DNA of 64,000 nucleotides. Origin: an uncultured Methylomirabilota bacterium. Its GTDB lineage: Bacteria; Methylomirabilota; Methylomirabilia; Methylomirabilales; 2-02-FULL-66-22. Where the stretch lies: the NCBI GenBank assembly GCA_963845565.1, contig CAWJSJ010000005.1, positions 224,001 through 288,000 on the forward strand. The letters run 5' to 3'. Below the pieces are notes generated by a model. It was not told the origin of the DNA. It did not search any database and worked only from the letters and a program-made list of their open reading frames with translations. Each line of letters opens with the position of its first letter. The stretch's first letter is position 1. Positions 30,403 through 40,174 of this stretch are shown here, piece by piece. The position numbers were made by a program, and so were the translations under genes.

Positions 30403-31110
30403 ATGGACCAATTCATCGTTCCAGCCTTGTTGCACGCGGGTCAGTACTTGGTGTCCTTCACCTTGGCTGCCCTGGCGCTGTTCTCGGTATATTCCCTGTC
30501 GGTGATCGGGGAGCGCTGGTGGACGTTTCGGCGGAGCCGGACGGCGTCGGCGGAGCTTGCGCCCCGCGTCTTCGGCCGGGTCGATCAGGGCATGATCGAA
30601 CAGGCCTTGGCTGCCTGCGAGGCGGGCCAAACTGGCCATCTCGCGACGGTGCTGGCGTCCGGTCTGCGGGAGGTCTTGCCGCTCGAATCCGCCAATCCGG
30701 GGTTGCACGCCGGACCGGAGCTGGACCGCGCCACCGTTGCCGCACGCGAGGCGATGCAGCGGTCCACGGCGACGGAGATCGAGCGGTTGGAGCGCCACCT
30801 GACGTCGCTGGCAACGCTCGGCAACATTAGCCCGTTCGTGGGTCTGTTCGGAACCGTGATCGGCATCATGCGGGCCTTCGAGGCGATTTCTCGGACGGGG
30901 AGCGGCGGGCTGGCCAGCGTCTCGGCGGGTATCGCGGAGGCGCTGGTGGCCACGGCCGCCGGATTGTTCGTCGCGATCCCGGCCGTGACCGCGTACAACT
31001 ACTTCATCTCGCGCATCAAGACCTGCGTCACGGAGATGGACGGGGCGGCATCGGAACTGGTCGCCCGCCTGACGCGCGCGGCGCGGCCGCCTGCCGCCAC
31101 GCAGGGGTGA
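30403..31110 (+). CDS. MotA/TolQ/ExbB proton channel protein
   Basis: LATLGNISPFVGLFGTVIGIM, GIAEALVATAAGLFVAIPA. Confidence 0.92.
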   Translation: MDQFIVPALLHAGQYLVSFTLAALALFSVYSLSVIGERWWTFRRSRTASAELAPRVFGRVDQGMIEQALAACEAGQTGHLATVLASGLREVLPLESANPGLHAGPELDRATVAAREAMQRSTATEIERLERHLTSLATLGNISPFVGLFGTVIGIMRAFEAISRTGSGGLASVSAGIAEALVATAAGLFVAIPAVTAYNYFISRIKTCVTEMDGAASELVARLTRAARPPAATQG

Positions 31111-31119
31111 GGGGCTGCC

Positions 31120-31545
31120 ATGGCGATGTCGCTGCCGTCGCGCAACGCGGATCGGCGGGTCCTGTCGGAGATTAACGTCACGCCCTTGGTGGACGTGATG
31201 CTGGTCCTCCTGGTGATCTTCATGGTGACCGCGCCGATGCTGCAGCGCGGTACCGACGTGCAGCTTCCCCAGGCGCAGCACTCCGACGTCAAGGAGCAGG
31301 ACCGGCTCACGCTCACCCTCAGCAAGGACGGGCGGATTTACTTGAACAACCAAGAGGTGCCGAGGGCCGCGCTGCGCGACCGATTGATGGCGGCGATGCA
31401 GGGGCGAGAGCGCACGCTGCAGTTCCGAGGAGACGCCCAGGTCTCCTACGGGTTGGTCATCGAAATCATGGACACGCTCAAGGCCGCCGGGATCGAAACG
31501 GTCGGCATGATCACGGAGCGCCCGGCCCAGGCACCACGCCCGTGA
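31120..31545 (+). CDS. ExbD/TolR family protein
   Basis: EINVTPLVDVMLVLLVIFMVTAP. Confidence 0.93.
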   Translation: MAMSLPSRNADRRVLSEINVTPLVDVMLVLLVIFMVTAPMLQRGTDVQLPQAQHSDVKEQDRLTLTLSKDGRIYLNNQEVPRAALRDRLMAAMQGRERTLQFRGDAQVSYGLVIEIMDTLKAAGIETVGMITERPAQAPRP

Positions 31546-31592
31546 GGTCGCGGCCTCCGCGCCGATCACGCTGACCCCGTCGGGAGACCGGA

Positions 31593-32267
31593 ATGGAGCT
31601 GCTGCAATACGCGATCGACATCTTTTTCCACCTGGATTCCCACCTGAACTCATGGGCGGGGATGCTGGGTCCGTGGCTGTATCTCGTGCTGTTTCTGATT
31701 ATCTTCTGTGAAACGGGCTTGGTGGTGACGCCGTTTCTGCCGGGCGACTCGCTGCTCTTCGCGGTGGGCGCCCTGGCGTCGGTTGACGCCTCGCCGATCC
31801 GCCTGCCCCACCTCTGCGTGCTGTTGTTCGTGGCCGCCGTTGCCGGCGACGCCGTGAACTACGCCATCGGCGCCCGCGTCGGACCTCGGGTGTTCAGCCA
31901 TAACGGTTCTCGCCTGTTCAAGCGGGAGCACTTGATCCGCACGCAGCGGTTCTATGAAAAGTATGGGGGCAAGACGATCGTCCTGGCGCGGTTCATCCCG
32001 ATCATTCGAACCTTCGCCCCGTTTGTGGCCGGAATCGGCACGATGTCGTATCCGCGGTTTGCCCTCTTCAACGTCACGGGTGGTGCGGCGTGGATTATGT
32101 CGTTTCTTTTGGGCGGATACTTCTTCGGAAACGTGCCCGTCGTGAAGCAGAACTTCCACTACGTCATCGTCGCGATCATTGTGATCTCCATCATGCCGCC
32201 GGTCCTTGAGTACCTTCGGGCGCGGCGGGAAGGCGGGGCGGCACCCGCCGAAAAAGGGGTAGGGTAA
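31593..32267 (+). CDS. dedA: DedA family membrane protein
   Basis: FCETGLVVTPFLPGDSLLF, ARFIPIIRTFAPFVAG. Confidence 0.92.
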   Translation: MELLQYAIDIFFHLDSHLNSWAGMLGPWLYLVLFLIIFCETGLVVTPFLPGDSLLFAVGALASVDASPIRLPHLCVLLFVAAVAGDAVNYAIGARVGPRVFSHNGSRLFKREHLIRTQRFYEKYGGKTIVLARFIPIIRTFAPFVAGIGTMSYPRFALFNVTGGAAWIMSFLLGGYFFGNVPVVKQNFHYVIVAIIVISIMPPVLEYLRARREGGAAPAEKGVG

Positions 32268-32271
32268 GGCC

Positions 32272-32892
32272 ATGCTGCATTTTCGGTTCTTCTCCCGCAG
32301 CAAGAAGTTCTTCGACATGTTCGGTGAGGCGGCGCGCAATGTCCACCAGGGCGCCAAGGCGCTGGAGCAGATGCTGCGCGAGTTCCAGGGAAGCGCGGAC
32401 CAGTGGCGCGCCGTCGAAGAGTACGAACACGAAGGCGACAAGATCACTCATCGGATCTTTCAGACGCTCCACCAGAGCAGCGTGACGCCCACGGACCGAG
32501 AGGATATCCACAAGCTTGCGGCGACACTGGACGACGTCCTGGACCTCATCGAAGGGGCGGCTTTCCGGATGGCGATGTATAAGGTGAACGAGCCGACCCC
32601 GGAGGCGATCCGCCTGGCCGGGATCATCGTGCGCTGCACCGAGCAGATCGTCCAAGGGGTCTCCGCGCTTCCCGACGTGGGTCGCATCCAGGCGCCCTGC
32701 ATCGAGATCAATCGGCTGGAAAACGAGGCGGACGAGGTGTCGCGGGCCGCCATTGCCGCGCTGTTCACCGGGGATGCCGCACCGCTGGATGTGATCAAGT
32801 GGAAGGAGATCTACGAGACGATGGAGACGGCGACGGATAAGGGCGAGGACGTCGCCAACCTGCTCGAGGAGATCGTGTTGAAGCGATCCTGA
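32272..32892 (+). CDS. DUF47 / PhoU-like phosphate transport regulator
   Basis: EHEGDKIT, TPTDREDI, LDDVLD, LENEAD, KEIYE, DVANLLE. Confidence 0.88.
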   Translation: MLHFRFFSRSKKFFDMFGEAARNVHQGAKALEQMLREFQGSADQWRAVEEYEHEGDKITHRIFQTLHQSSVTPTDREDIHKLAATLDDVLDLIEGAAFRMAMYKVNEPTPEAIRLAGIIVRCTEQIVQGVSALPDVGRIQAPCIEINRLENEADEVSRAAIAALFTGDAAPLDVIKWKEIYETMETATDKGEDVANLLEEIVLKRS

Positions 32893-33158
32893 ACCCGAAA
32901 CTCGTCGGCGATCATGATACGGGTTTCGGAGCTGCTCCGAACGCGCTTGCGCCCGGCTGTCAATGGCAACCGGGCGTTTGCTTTTCGTGGAAACCGAAGC
33001 CAACAGAAACGTCGAAAGGAGTCGCCTGAGAGCGATCCGGCGGTTGGCGAAACCGCTACCCAGCGGGTGCAGTTTTCTACGGCGCTTCTTTGCGATTTGG
33101 CCCGGTACGAGTCTGGGGGGGTGTACCGGGTAGTTTCTGGCAAGGGGATGGTAAGAAT

Positions 33159-33177
33159 TGCCACACTGGGTGTGACA
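33159..33177. promoter_or_regulatory. Near-palindrome, candidate enhancer-binding-protein site
   Basis: TGCCACAC-N3-GTGTGACA, ~150 bp upstream of a sigma54 motif. Confidence 0.45.
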
Positions 33178-33323
33178 TTCTTGATCGAATTCGGGCGGAA
33201 TGCGCCATTTCCTCTCGGTAACTCGTCAACCCGATTCCAGAAAACAACATAGATTTATTTATTTGTTGTGAGTTATGAGTGTGTTAGCCTGATACAAGAG
33301 TACTCCACCCTTGAAACTAATGT

Positions 33324-33339
33324 CTGGCATGCATATTGC
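33324..33339 (+). promoter_or_regulatory. Sigma54 (-24/-12) promoter
   Basis: CTGGCATGCATATTGC with exact GG-N10-GC spacing, after an AT-rich tract. Confidence 0.7.
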
Positions 33340-33403
33340 CGATAATCGGAGTGTTGGTATCACTGCTGGCAACGTGGTCGAACAGACGACTCCGAGGTGT
33401 GCG

Positions 33404-33598
33404 ATGAATCTAACGTGGGTAGACGCCAGCTTGCTGACTGTGCTCTTCAGCCTGGGCTCCCTCATCGTCCAGAGCGTGACCCGCCGGGAAGCCCAGGAGG
33501 TCGCGGAACGGCAGCAGGCGGCGTGCGTCAGGCACGAGTGGGTCCGAATCGGGTCCCACGGTCTGATCTGCCAGCTCTGTGGAAAAATCCCCGGTTAA
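33404..33598 (+). CDS. 64-aa membrane-anchored protein with Cys/His Zn-ribbon-like tail
   Basis: RBS GAGGTG; hydrophobic N-terminus; CxxHEW...CxxCG. Confidence 0.65.
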   Translation: MNLTWVDASLLTVLFSLGSLIVQSVTRREAQEVAERQQAACVRHEWVRIGSHGLICQLCGKIPG

Positions 33599-33780
33599 GC
33601 CTGCCGGTATCCGGGACCGATTTTTCGGGTCGCTCAAAACGTCCGGTTTTCTTTTCCCTGCCATACTCCCTCTCGGTTCTTGCTTGCGCCCTTTCCCTTG
33701 CCCTTGAAACGCCCGCAATCCTCGCGTCGCGTCGACGCCGGACGTAGGGGTTTCCCACGGAAAACGCGGGGCCATTTGCC

Positions 33781-33809
33781 TTGACTTTGCGTACCCTGGA
33801 TTGTACCCT
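33781..33809 (+). promoter_or_regulatory. Putative sigma70 promoter of tat genes
   Basis: TTGACT-N17-TACCCT. Confidence 0.5.
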
Positions 33810-33848
33810 GACCGCTGCCAAAATAGTCGGGGTGAGGGAGCGGCAGGT

Positions 33849-34310
33849 ATGTTTGGCATCGGTATGCCGGAGTTGGTCATCATCTTTGTGATCGCCCTGC
33901 TGGTCTTCGGGCCGAAGGAGTTGCCCAAGATCGGCAAGACCATCGGCAAGGCCATGGGTGAATTCCGTCGCGCCTCGGATGAACTGAAGGAAGGTATTCA
34001 GCGCGAGATCGACCTCGCAGAACGAGAACAGCCCGGGGAGTCCGCCACCACGCCGTCGCCGGAGGCCGCCACCGCCACCGTGCCGGCGGAACCGCCGGTG
34101 CCGACGGCCGAGGCCACCCAGGAGCCACAACTCGAATTGCCGGTCGCCGGAGCGCCGGCCTCGTCTGCGCCGGTCGCCGGCGCGCCAGAGGGGTCGCCGC
34201 CGGTCGTGGCGGCCGAGGCGTCGCCGGCGCAACCCGCTGCAACCGAGCCCGCGGCCACTGTTGCCCCCTCGCCCTCCCCGCCAAAGCCCGCAGAGATAAA
34301 GCATGTCTGA
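33849..34310 (+). CDS. tatA: TatA/TatB family subunit with Pro/Ala-rich tail
   Basis: MFGIGMPELVIIFVIALLVFGPKELP; upstream of tatC; could be TatB. Confidence 0.88.
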   Translation: MFGIGMPELVIIFVIALLVFGPKELPKIGKTIGKAMGEFRRASDELKEGIQREIDLAEREQPGESATTPSPEAATATVPAEPPVPTAEATQEPQLELPVAGAPASSAPVAGAPEGSPPVVAAEASPAQPAATEPAATVAPSPSPPKPAEIKHV

Positions 34311-35082
34311 TGAAGCCAGAATGCCCTTCCTGTCTCACCTCGAAGAGCTCAGGAAGCGGCTGATCATCTGCTTTTCGGTTATCGGCGTTGCGTTCGTCCT
34401 AGCCTTCAACATTCGGGAGTATTGTATCCGCCTATTGCAGTGGCCTCTTGCCACCGAGATCGTGATGGGTCGGAAGTTCCCGTTTCTCAGCTTCATCGAG
34501 AAGCCGCCCATCGCGAAACTCACAGCGCTCGGGCCGGCGGAAACCTTGTGGACGCATTTCAAGGTGGCTTTCATCGTGGGCGTCATGCTGGCGCTTCCGG
34601 TGGTGCTCTACCAGGTCTGGAAGTTCATCGAGCCGGGTCTCCTGGCGAAAGAGAAACGGTTTGCCCTTCCGTTCGTGATCCTCTCCACGATCTCGTTCTT
34701 CATCGGGGTGACGTTCTGTTTTGCGATCGTGTTGCCGATGGCGATGCAGTTCCTGTTGACCTTTGACCCGACGATCCAACAGATGCCCCGGTTCGGGGAA
34801 TACGTGGATTTCACACTGAAGTTCCTCTTGGCTTTCGGGGCGATCTTCGAGCTGCCGCTGGCCATTACCATCGCTGCCCGCCTGGGCCTGGTCACGCCGC
34901 AGTTCCTGTCGCGGAACCGGAAGTATGCGATCTTGGTGATTTTCGTGGTGGCCGCCATCCTCACGCCGACGCCGGATGTCTTCAATCAAGCCTTGATGGC
35001 GGTGCCGATGTGCGTGTTGTACGAGGTCGGCATTCTGGCGGCCCGCGTCGTCGTCCGCCGCCCCAAGCCTGCCGAAGCGTAA
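34303..35082 (+). CDS. tatC: Twin-arginine translocase TatC
   Basis: HLEELRKRL, PGLLAKEK, FELP, AAILTPTPD, LYE. Confidence 0.95.
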   Translation: MSDEARMPFLSHLEELRKRLIICFSVIGVAFVLAFNIREYCIRLLQWPLATEIVMGRKFPFLSFIEKPPIAKLTALGPAETLWTHFKVAFIVGVMLALPVVLYQVWKFIEPGLLAKEKRFALPFVILSTISFFIGVTFCFAIVLPMAMQFLLTFDPTIQQMPRFGEYVDFTLKFLLAFGAIFELPLAITIAARLGLVTPQFLSRNRKYAILVIFVVAAILTPTPDVFNQALMAVPMCVLYEVGILAARVVVRRPKPAEA

Positions 35083-35529
35083 TCGGTCCCGGCGCGGCCG
35101 AGCGGCCGCAGCGCTTCCGCCCGTCCAGATCCCGGTCGTCCAAGAGAGCCAATAGGTCTATCGCTGGCAGGCCCTGCGGTTCGGTCCGGGCTCTTGCTTC
35201 GCATTCTTTCAGAAGCCGCTCCGCCTTTCGGGCAGTCTTGCCTTCTGCGGCCAACGTTCGGCCGCTGCACACCCACCCAGCCGGACTCTGTTCAGTGCAC
35301 CTGTCGGGTTCGGCCGCGTCGTGGGGAATGGCCTAATCCTCGGAGTGCTCCTCTTCCTCCTGGTTACGCACGACTCCTTTGCGCCGGCGATCCCAAGGGC
35401 TGACCGGAGGGCATCTTCCTGCGCCCACCCTGGTGCGCCCGCTCGACCCCCCGTCGCTCGGACGCGACTTCTCACCCCAATTGATCGTCGTATCACCGGG
35501 CGCGTTCCGCGTCTCGGTGGAGCTCCGCG

Positions 35530-35669
35530 TGCGATTCTCCAAATTCTCAGCGTGACGCTCTTCGAGAAAACGCCCATTCATCAAGCCCTCGCGCAAATCC
35601 CCGACACGATTCCAGAGGGCGAGGCGTGTAACCAGTTGTCATTGGTCGATCGATAACCGGACAGTAGTG
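35530..35669 (+). mobile_element. IS4-family right-end remnant
   Basis: ILQILSVTLFEKTPI...NQLSL resembles IS4-family transposase C-termini, followed by IR-like TAACCGGACAGTAGTG. Confidence 0.7.
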
Positions 35670-35670
35670 G

Positions 35671-36396
35671 ATTCCCGCCTATAATGAAGCAGCGAACATC
35701 GGCCGGTGTCTCCAGTCCATCTTCCGTGAACTCGACGAGAAGCGCTGCTCCTATGAAGTGATTGTCGTGGACAACGCCAGCACGGATGGCACCGCAGACG
35801 CGGCTGGTCGGCATCCCGACGTCATCGTGGTTCGGGAGGCACGAAAAGGCATCATATTTGCCCGACAGGCGGGTTTGGTGCGCAGCCGCGGTGACCTCGT
35901 CGCCAACATCGACGCAGACTCGATATTGACGCCCGGGTGGGTCGACACGACGTTGCGGGAATTCGCCCAGGATCCCGCACTGGTCTGTCTGAGCGGGCCG
36001 CAGCGCTACTTCGATGCGCCCGCGTTCACCCGTCTGGCCGCGCGGCTCTTTTACGGGGTGACGTTTCTTACGTATCTCGTCAATCGCTTCATCATCCGGG
36101 CAGGCTCCATGGTCCAGGGTGGGAACTTTGTCTGTCGACGCAGCGCGTTGGAAAAGATCGGAGGGTTCGACACCACCATCCAGTTCTACGGGGAGGATAC
36201 CGACATCGCCCGGCGCCTGCATCGCGTGGGGCGGGTCAAGTTCACTTTCGCGCTTCCCATTCTCGCATCCGGGAGGCGTCTGGTCGGGGAGGGCGTGGTT
36301 ACGACGGGTATCCGGTACGCGGTGAATTACCTGTGGGTCACGGCATTTGGGCGGCCGTTCACGCGGGCATCGCGCGATATCCGCCCGGTGCACTAG
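35671..36396 (+). pseudogene. GT2 glycosyltransferase, 5'-truncated
   Basis: Frame opens at IPAYNE just after the IS end with an in-frame TAG upstream; VVDNASTD, DAD, GEDTD. Confidence 0.75.
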
Positions 36397-36486
36397 CATC
36401 GCACCGGCCACCGGAACCAGGGCCGCGCGCCTATCGAAATCCATGCGCAACGACACTCCTGAGCCAAGGAGAGCGGACCGTTGAGG

Positions 36487-37071
36487 CTACGCCCCAGGAG
36501 CGACAATTCGGAGAAAGTGTCGATGGAAACGAAGGTCTGAGGTCAGTTCGGGGTGGAAGGCGGTCACCAGGAGGCGCCCTTCCTGGGCGGCCACCGGTGT
36601 CCCATTGGAAAGGCGGGACAGAACCTCGACGTTGGTGCCGACGTCCTCGATGATGGGAGCGCGGATGAAGACGGCGTGGAACGGGACGTCGCCCAAGGTT
36701 GGGACGGACAAATCGGCTTCAAAGCTGTCCACTTGACGGCCGAAGGCGTTCCGCCGCACGGTAATGTCCATGGCCTGCAGGGCGGGGATGCCGGTCTCGT
36801 CAAGCCGCTTGGCCAAGAGGATCATGCCGGCGCAGGTTCCCCACATCGGGAAGCCCTCGCGCGCCAGGGTCTGCAGCGGTTCCAGCAAGCCAGAGCTTCT
36901 CAAGAGGCGGACGATGGTCGTGCTCTCGCCGCCCGGAATGATGAGGCCATCCAGCCCATCCAGGTCCCGGGGGAGTCGGACTTCCCCGGCCGCGACCTGG
37001 AGTCGCTCCATCGCCTCGCGGTGCTCGCGGAAATCCCCCTGGAGAGCCAACACGCCGATTCGTGGCATCAT
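36487..37071 (-). CDS. pdxT: PLP synthase glutaminase subunit
   Basis: GVLALQG, PGGEST, GTCAG, RNAFGRQ, FHPE. Confidence 0.96.
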   Translation of the reverse strand: MMPRIGVLALQGDFREHREAMERLQVAAGEVRLPRDLDGLDGLIIPGGESTTIVRLLRSSGLLEPLQTLAREGFPMWGTCAGMILLAKRLDETGIPALQAMDITVRRNAFGRQVDSFEADLSVPTLGDVPFHAVFIRAPIIEDVGTNVEVLSRLSNGTPVAAQEGRLLVTAFHPELTSDLRFHRHFLRIVAPGA

Positions 37072-37085
37072 GTCTCAAATTGCAA

Positions 37086-37139
37086 AAGACCAATGGCCAG
37101 ATCCCAATGCGCGCGCATTGGTCCTTGGCCATTGGTCAT
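37086..37139. repeat. Inverted heptamer arrays forming a hairpin between pdxS and pdxT
   Basis: AAGACCA-ATGGCCA-GATCCCA ... TGGTCCT-TGGCCAT-TGGTCAT; perfect 12-bp IR GACCAATGGCCA. Confidence 0.8.
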
Positions 37140-37153
37140 GAGAGGTCTGTTCG

Positions 37154-38035
37154 CTACCAGCCGCGGGCGGCCAGTTGCTCCTCTGGCTTGAGCGTGCGAA
37201 TCTCGATCCCGGGCATCGCCTCGCCCAAACCCCGCGACACCTCGGCGATGATCTTGGCATCCTTGTAGTGGGTGGTCGCCTGCACGATGGCCTTGGCCCT
37301 CGCCGAGGGATTTGCGGACTTGAAGATGCCGGAGCCGACGAAGACGCCGTCCACGCCGAGTTGCATCATGAGGGCCGCGTCGGCAGGCGTCGCGATCCCG
37401 CCGGCCGCGAAATTAACCACGGGGAGTCGTCCGGTCCTGGCGACCTCGGCGAGCAGATCGAACGGAGCGCCGAGCACCTTCGACTCCGCCATCAGTTCTT
37501 CCTTGCCCATCCCTTGCAGCTTTCGGATCTCGCCCAGGACGGCCCGGGCGTGCCGAACTGCCTCCACGACGTTCCCGGTGCCCGCCTCGCCCTTGGTTCG
37601 GATCATGGCCGCGCCTTCGCCGAGGCGTCGAAGCGCTTCGCCCAGATTCCGGCAACCGCAGACAAACGGGACCGTGAAGTCATGCTTCCAGACGTGGTGC
37701 TCCTCGTCGGCGGGGGTCAGCACCTCGGATTCGTCGATGTAATCGATCCCCAGCGCCTCCAGCACCTGGGCCTCGACGAAGTGGCCGATCCGACACTTGG
37801 CCATGACCGGGATGGTGACCGCCTTCTTGATCTGCTCGATGACCGTGGGGTCGGACATCCGCGCCACGCCACCCGCCGCACGGATATCGGCCGGGACCCG
37901 TTCCAGCGCCATCACGGCGCAGGCCCCGGCGTCCTCGGCGATCTTGGCGTGCTCCGCCGTCACGACGTCCATGATGACCCCGCCCTTGAGCATCTGGGCG
38001 AGGCCGACCTTCACCGTCCAGGTTCCCTTGTCCAC
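37154..38035 (-). CDS. pdxS: PLP synthase lyase subunit
   Basis: [41 protein letters not shown]. Confidence 0.97.
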   Translation of the reverse strand: MDKGTWTVKVGLAQMLKGGVIMDVVTAEHAKIAEDAGACAVMALERVPADIRAAGGVARMSDPTVIEQIKKAVTIPVMAKCRIGHFVEAQVLEALGIDYIDESEVLTPADEEHHVWKHDFTVPFVCGCRNLGEALRRLGEGAAMIRTKGEAGTGNVVEAVRHARAVLGEIRKLQGMGKEELMAESKVLGAPFDLLAEVARTGRLPVVNFAAGGIATPADAALMMQLGVDGVFVGSGIFKSANPSARAKAIVQATTHYKDAKIIAEVSRGLGEAMPGIEIRTLKPEEQLAARGW

Positions 38036-38166
38036 GTCGCTCCTCCTTTGCGGTCACAATCGGCCCGGGCGTCGGGCGATCGTGTATAATCCTCGCATCA
38101 CTCGTTCACGGGCAATCCTCTTTACCTTCGGGTACACCCCCGAGGGTAAAGCAGCAATACCAGATC

Positions 38167-38196
38167 ATTATACAGAATATCGCCGGGTAATACCAA
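38167..38196 (-). promoter_or_regulatory. Putative sigma70 promoter of pdxST
   Basis: Minus strand TTGGTA-N18-TATAAT. Confidence 0.55.
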
Positions 38197-38665
38197 CAGC
38201 TAAGATATCGAGGCGGTCCGAGCAGGCCCGTCACGCGCACCCGACATCGTCAGGCGTGAGCACAGCCGGGGCGTCACGCCGGCGAAACCGGCCGTGGCCG
38301 TCCGCGGTGCCAACGAGGCACGCCCGCGATTTCTGAGGTGGACGGGATTGCGGTGGGAGTGTGAAGCGAGGTCGCGGCCCCCCGTTCTCCCGGGGAGCCG
38401 CGCTTCGATCCCCCTCCGGGGTGAGGGGACGACCCACCCTATGCGGTGGCCGCGGGGCGCAGGAGGATGCCTATCCGCCTGCAGTGGCGGTGCTAGACAG
38501 GATTAGCTTCAGCAGGTCGTGCCGGCTTACGACGGCCGACGTGACTTGGCGGGTGCCCGACGAAATGGAGGAGGAGCAGGATACACCCGAGCGCCATTAA
38601 AAAAATTCCCCCCCAATGCGAATCCATGAGAGCCTCCCACTCGGTAGGGCGTACGGTCACCGGCA

Positions 38666-39218
38666 CTACTTCTTTGCGGCCAGTTTCTTGGTCGTTTCGT
38701 TTAGGTCGCGAACGATCTGATACTTCGAATCATCGGCTTGGACGAACCCGCCGAAGAAGGCACCACCCTGGACGAAGACCTGGGGCTGCCTGACCTTCAT
38801 ACTGACAAAGGAGTCCTGGATGGCCTGTCGCAGGCCGGCCGGCAAGTCCTTGCGAACGACGACGGGATCGTTCGGGATCAGCTTGGAGACCCAGATGACG
38901 CGCAGCGACGCGCGCGGGACCTTATTCTCGCGAACGAGCTGTTGCATGTCCGGAAGGTTGGTGGAGGCCACATCAACCTTCTTGTTGGCCACGGCGATGA
39001 TCGAGGCTTCGTGAGATCCGGAGAAAGTGAGCTTTGAGAAGTACGTCTTGGGATCGATGCCCATCTCGGTCAAGAAGAAGGTCATCGGCACCAAATAGCC
39101 GGAGGTGGAGTTCGGATCGTTGAAGGCAAAGCTCTTCCCGCCGATGTCTTCGGGGCTGAAGATGTCCGCATCGGAATGGGCGATCAGGCAGGAGCGGCTG
39201 TGACAGCATCCCGGTCAT
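38666..39218 (-). pseudogene. phnD: Phosphonate-binding protein remnant with internal deletion
   Basis: RSCLIA..GKSFAFNDPNSTSGYLVP..GSHEAS..IPNDP present; coupled ATG at 39218 is out of frame; N-terminal lobe absent. Confidence 0.75.
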
Positions 39219-40039
39219 GAGGGGACCAATTCGAGCGCGCCAAGCGCGAGCGGAAGGGGCGAGGCGTCCGCCTCCAGGCGGTCGCCGAAGATCTCCTGAA
39301 GGACGCCGTCCGTCAGGTCGGCGGCGGGGCCGTCGAAGATCAGTTGGCCGGATTGGAAGCCGAGCACGCGATCCGCGTAGCGCCGCGCGAAGTCCACGTG
39401 GTGCAGCGTGGCGACGACGGGGAGGCCGGCCTCATGCGCAATGGCGCGCAGCGTCCCCATCACCAGTTCACCGTTGTGGAGATCGAGGCTGGCGATCGGC
39501 TCGTCGGCCAGGATCAGCTCCGGCTCCTGCGCCAGGATCTTGGCGATGGCGACGCGCTGCTGCTCGCCGCCCGAAAGGGTGTCGGTTCGCTGCCAGGCTC
39601 GGTCCAAGAGGCCCACATGGTCGAGACAGCGCAGCGCGATCTCCCGGTCTCCCGCCGGAAACCGGTATGCCAGCGCGGCCCACCGAGCGGCGGGGCCGAG
39701 GTGGCCGAGGCGGCCGACCAGGACGTTGTACAGGACCGGGAGACGCCGCACGAGGTTGAACTGCTGGTAGATCATGCCGACGCGAGACCGGTGGGCGCGA
39801 AGGCCGGCCCCGGCCAGCGCAGCCAGGTCCTGTCCCCGGAACCGGATGGCGCCGGCCGTCACCGGCGTGAAGCAAGCCAGGCATCGCAGAAACGTCGTCT
39901 TCCCGGCGCCGGATCGGCCGATGACGGCCACAAACTCGCCGGGATGCATTCCCAGGGAGACATTCCGAAGGGCCTGGCGGGACCCAAAATCCTTACTGAC
40001 GCGCTCAAGCGACAGCGCGGGGGCGAACGTGTTGTTCAT
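39215..40039 (-). CDS. phnC: Phosphonate ABC transporter ATPase
   Basis: GRSGAGKTT, QQFNLV, NVLVGRLG, LSGGEQQRVAIA, LADEPIASLD. Confidence 0.9.
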   Translation of the reverse strand: MNNTFAPALSLERVSKDFGSRQALRNVSLGMHPGEFVAVIGRSGAGKTTFLRCLACFTPVTAGAIRFRGQDLAALAGAGLRAHRSRVGMIYQQFNLVRRLPVLYNVLVGRLGHLGPAARWAALAYRFPAGDREIALRCLDHVGLLDRAWQRTDTLSGGEQQRVAIAKILAQEPELILADEPIASLDLHNGELVMGTLRAIAHEAGLPVVATLHHVDFARRYADRVLGFQSGQLIFDGPAADLTDGVLQEIFGDRLEADASPLPLALGALELVPS

Positions 40040-40064
40040 GATTCGGCCATTCTGGACGGGTACC

Positions 40065-40093
40065 GTTACGGGATCTTGACAGCCGAGTGAATT
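40065..40093 (-). promoter_or_regulatory. Pho box upstream of phnC
   Basis: Minus strand TTCAC/GTCAA/GTAAC cores at 40087, 40076, 40065 (11-bp period). Confidence 0.7.
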
Positions 40094-40174
40094 CTGAAAT
40101 GCTCCGTGCGGCCAACGGGGCGTCGGATGACATACCCGGTGTATGCGCCGCGCGCGGCAGTGACATCCGCTAGG

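Noticed and set aside
35321..35656. 111-aa ORF as an intact gene
   Set aside because: Only its last ~40 codons are recognisable, as a transposase tail
38200..38660. Short ORFs or RNA gene between pdxS and phnD
   Set aside because: No recognisable protein motif, tRNA or riboswitch pattern
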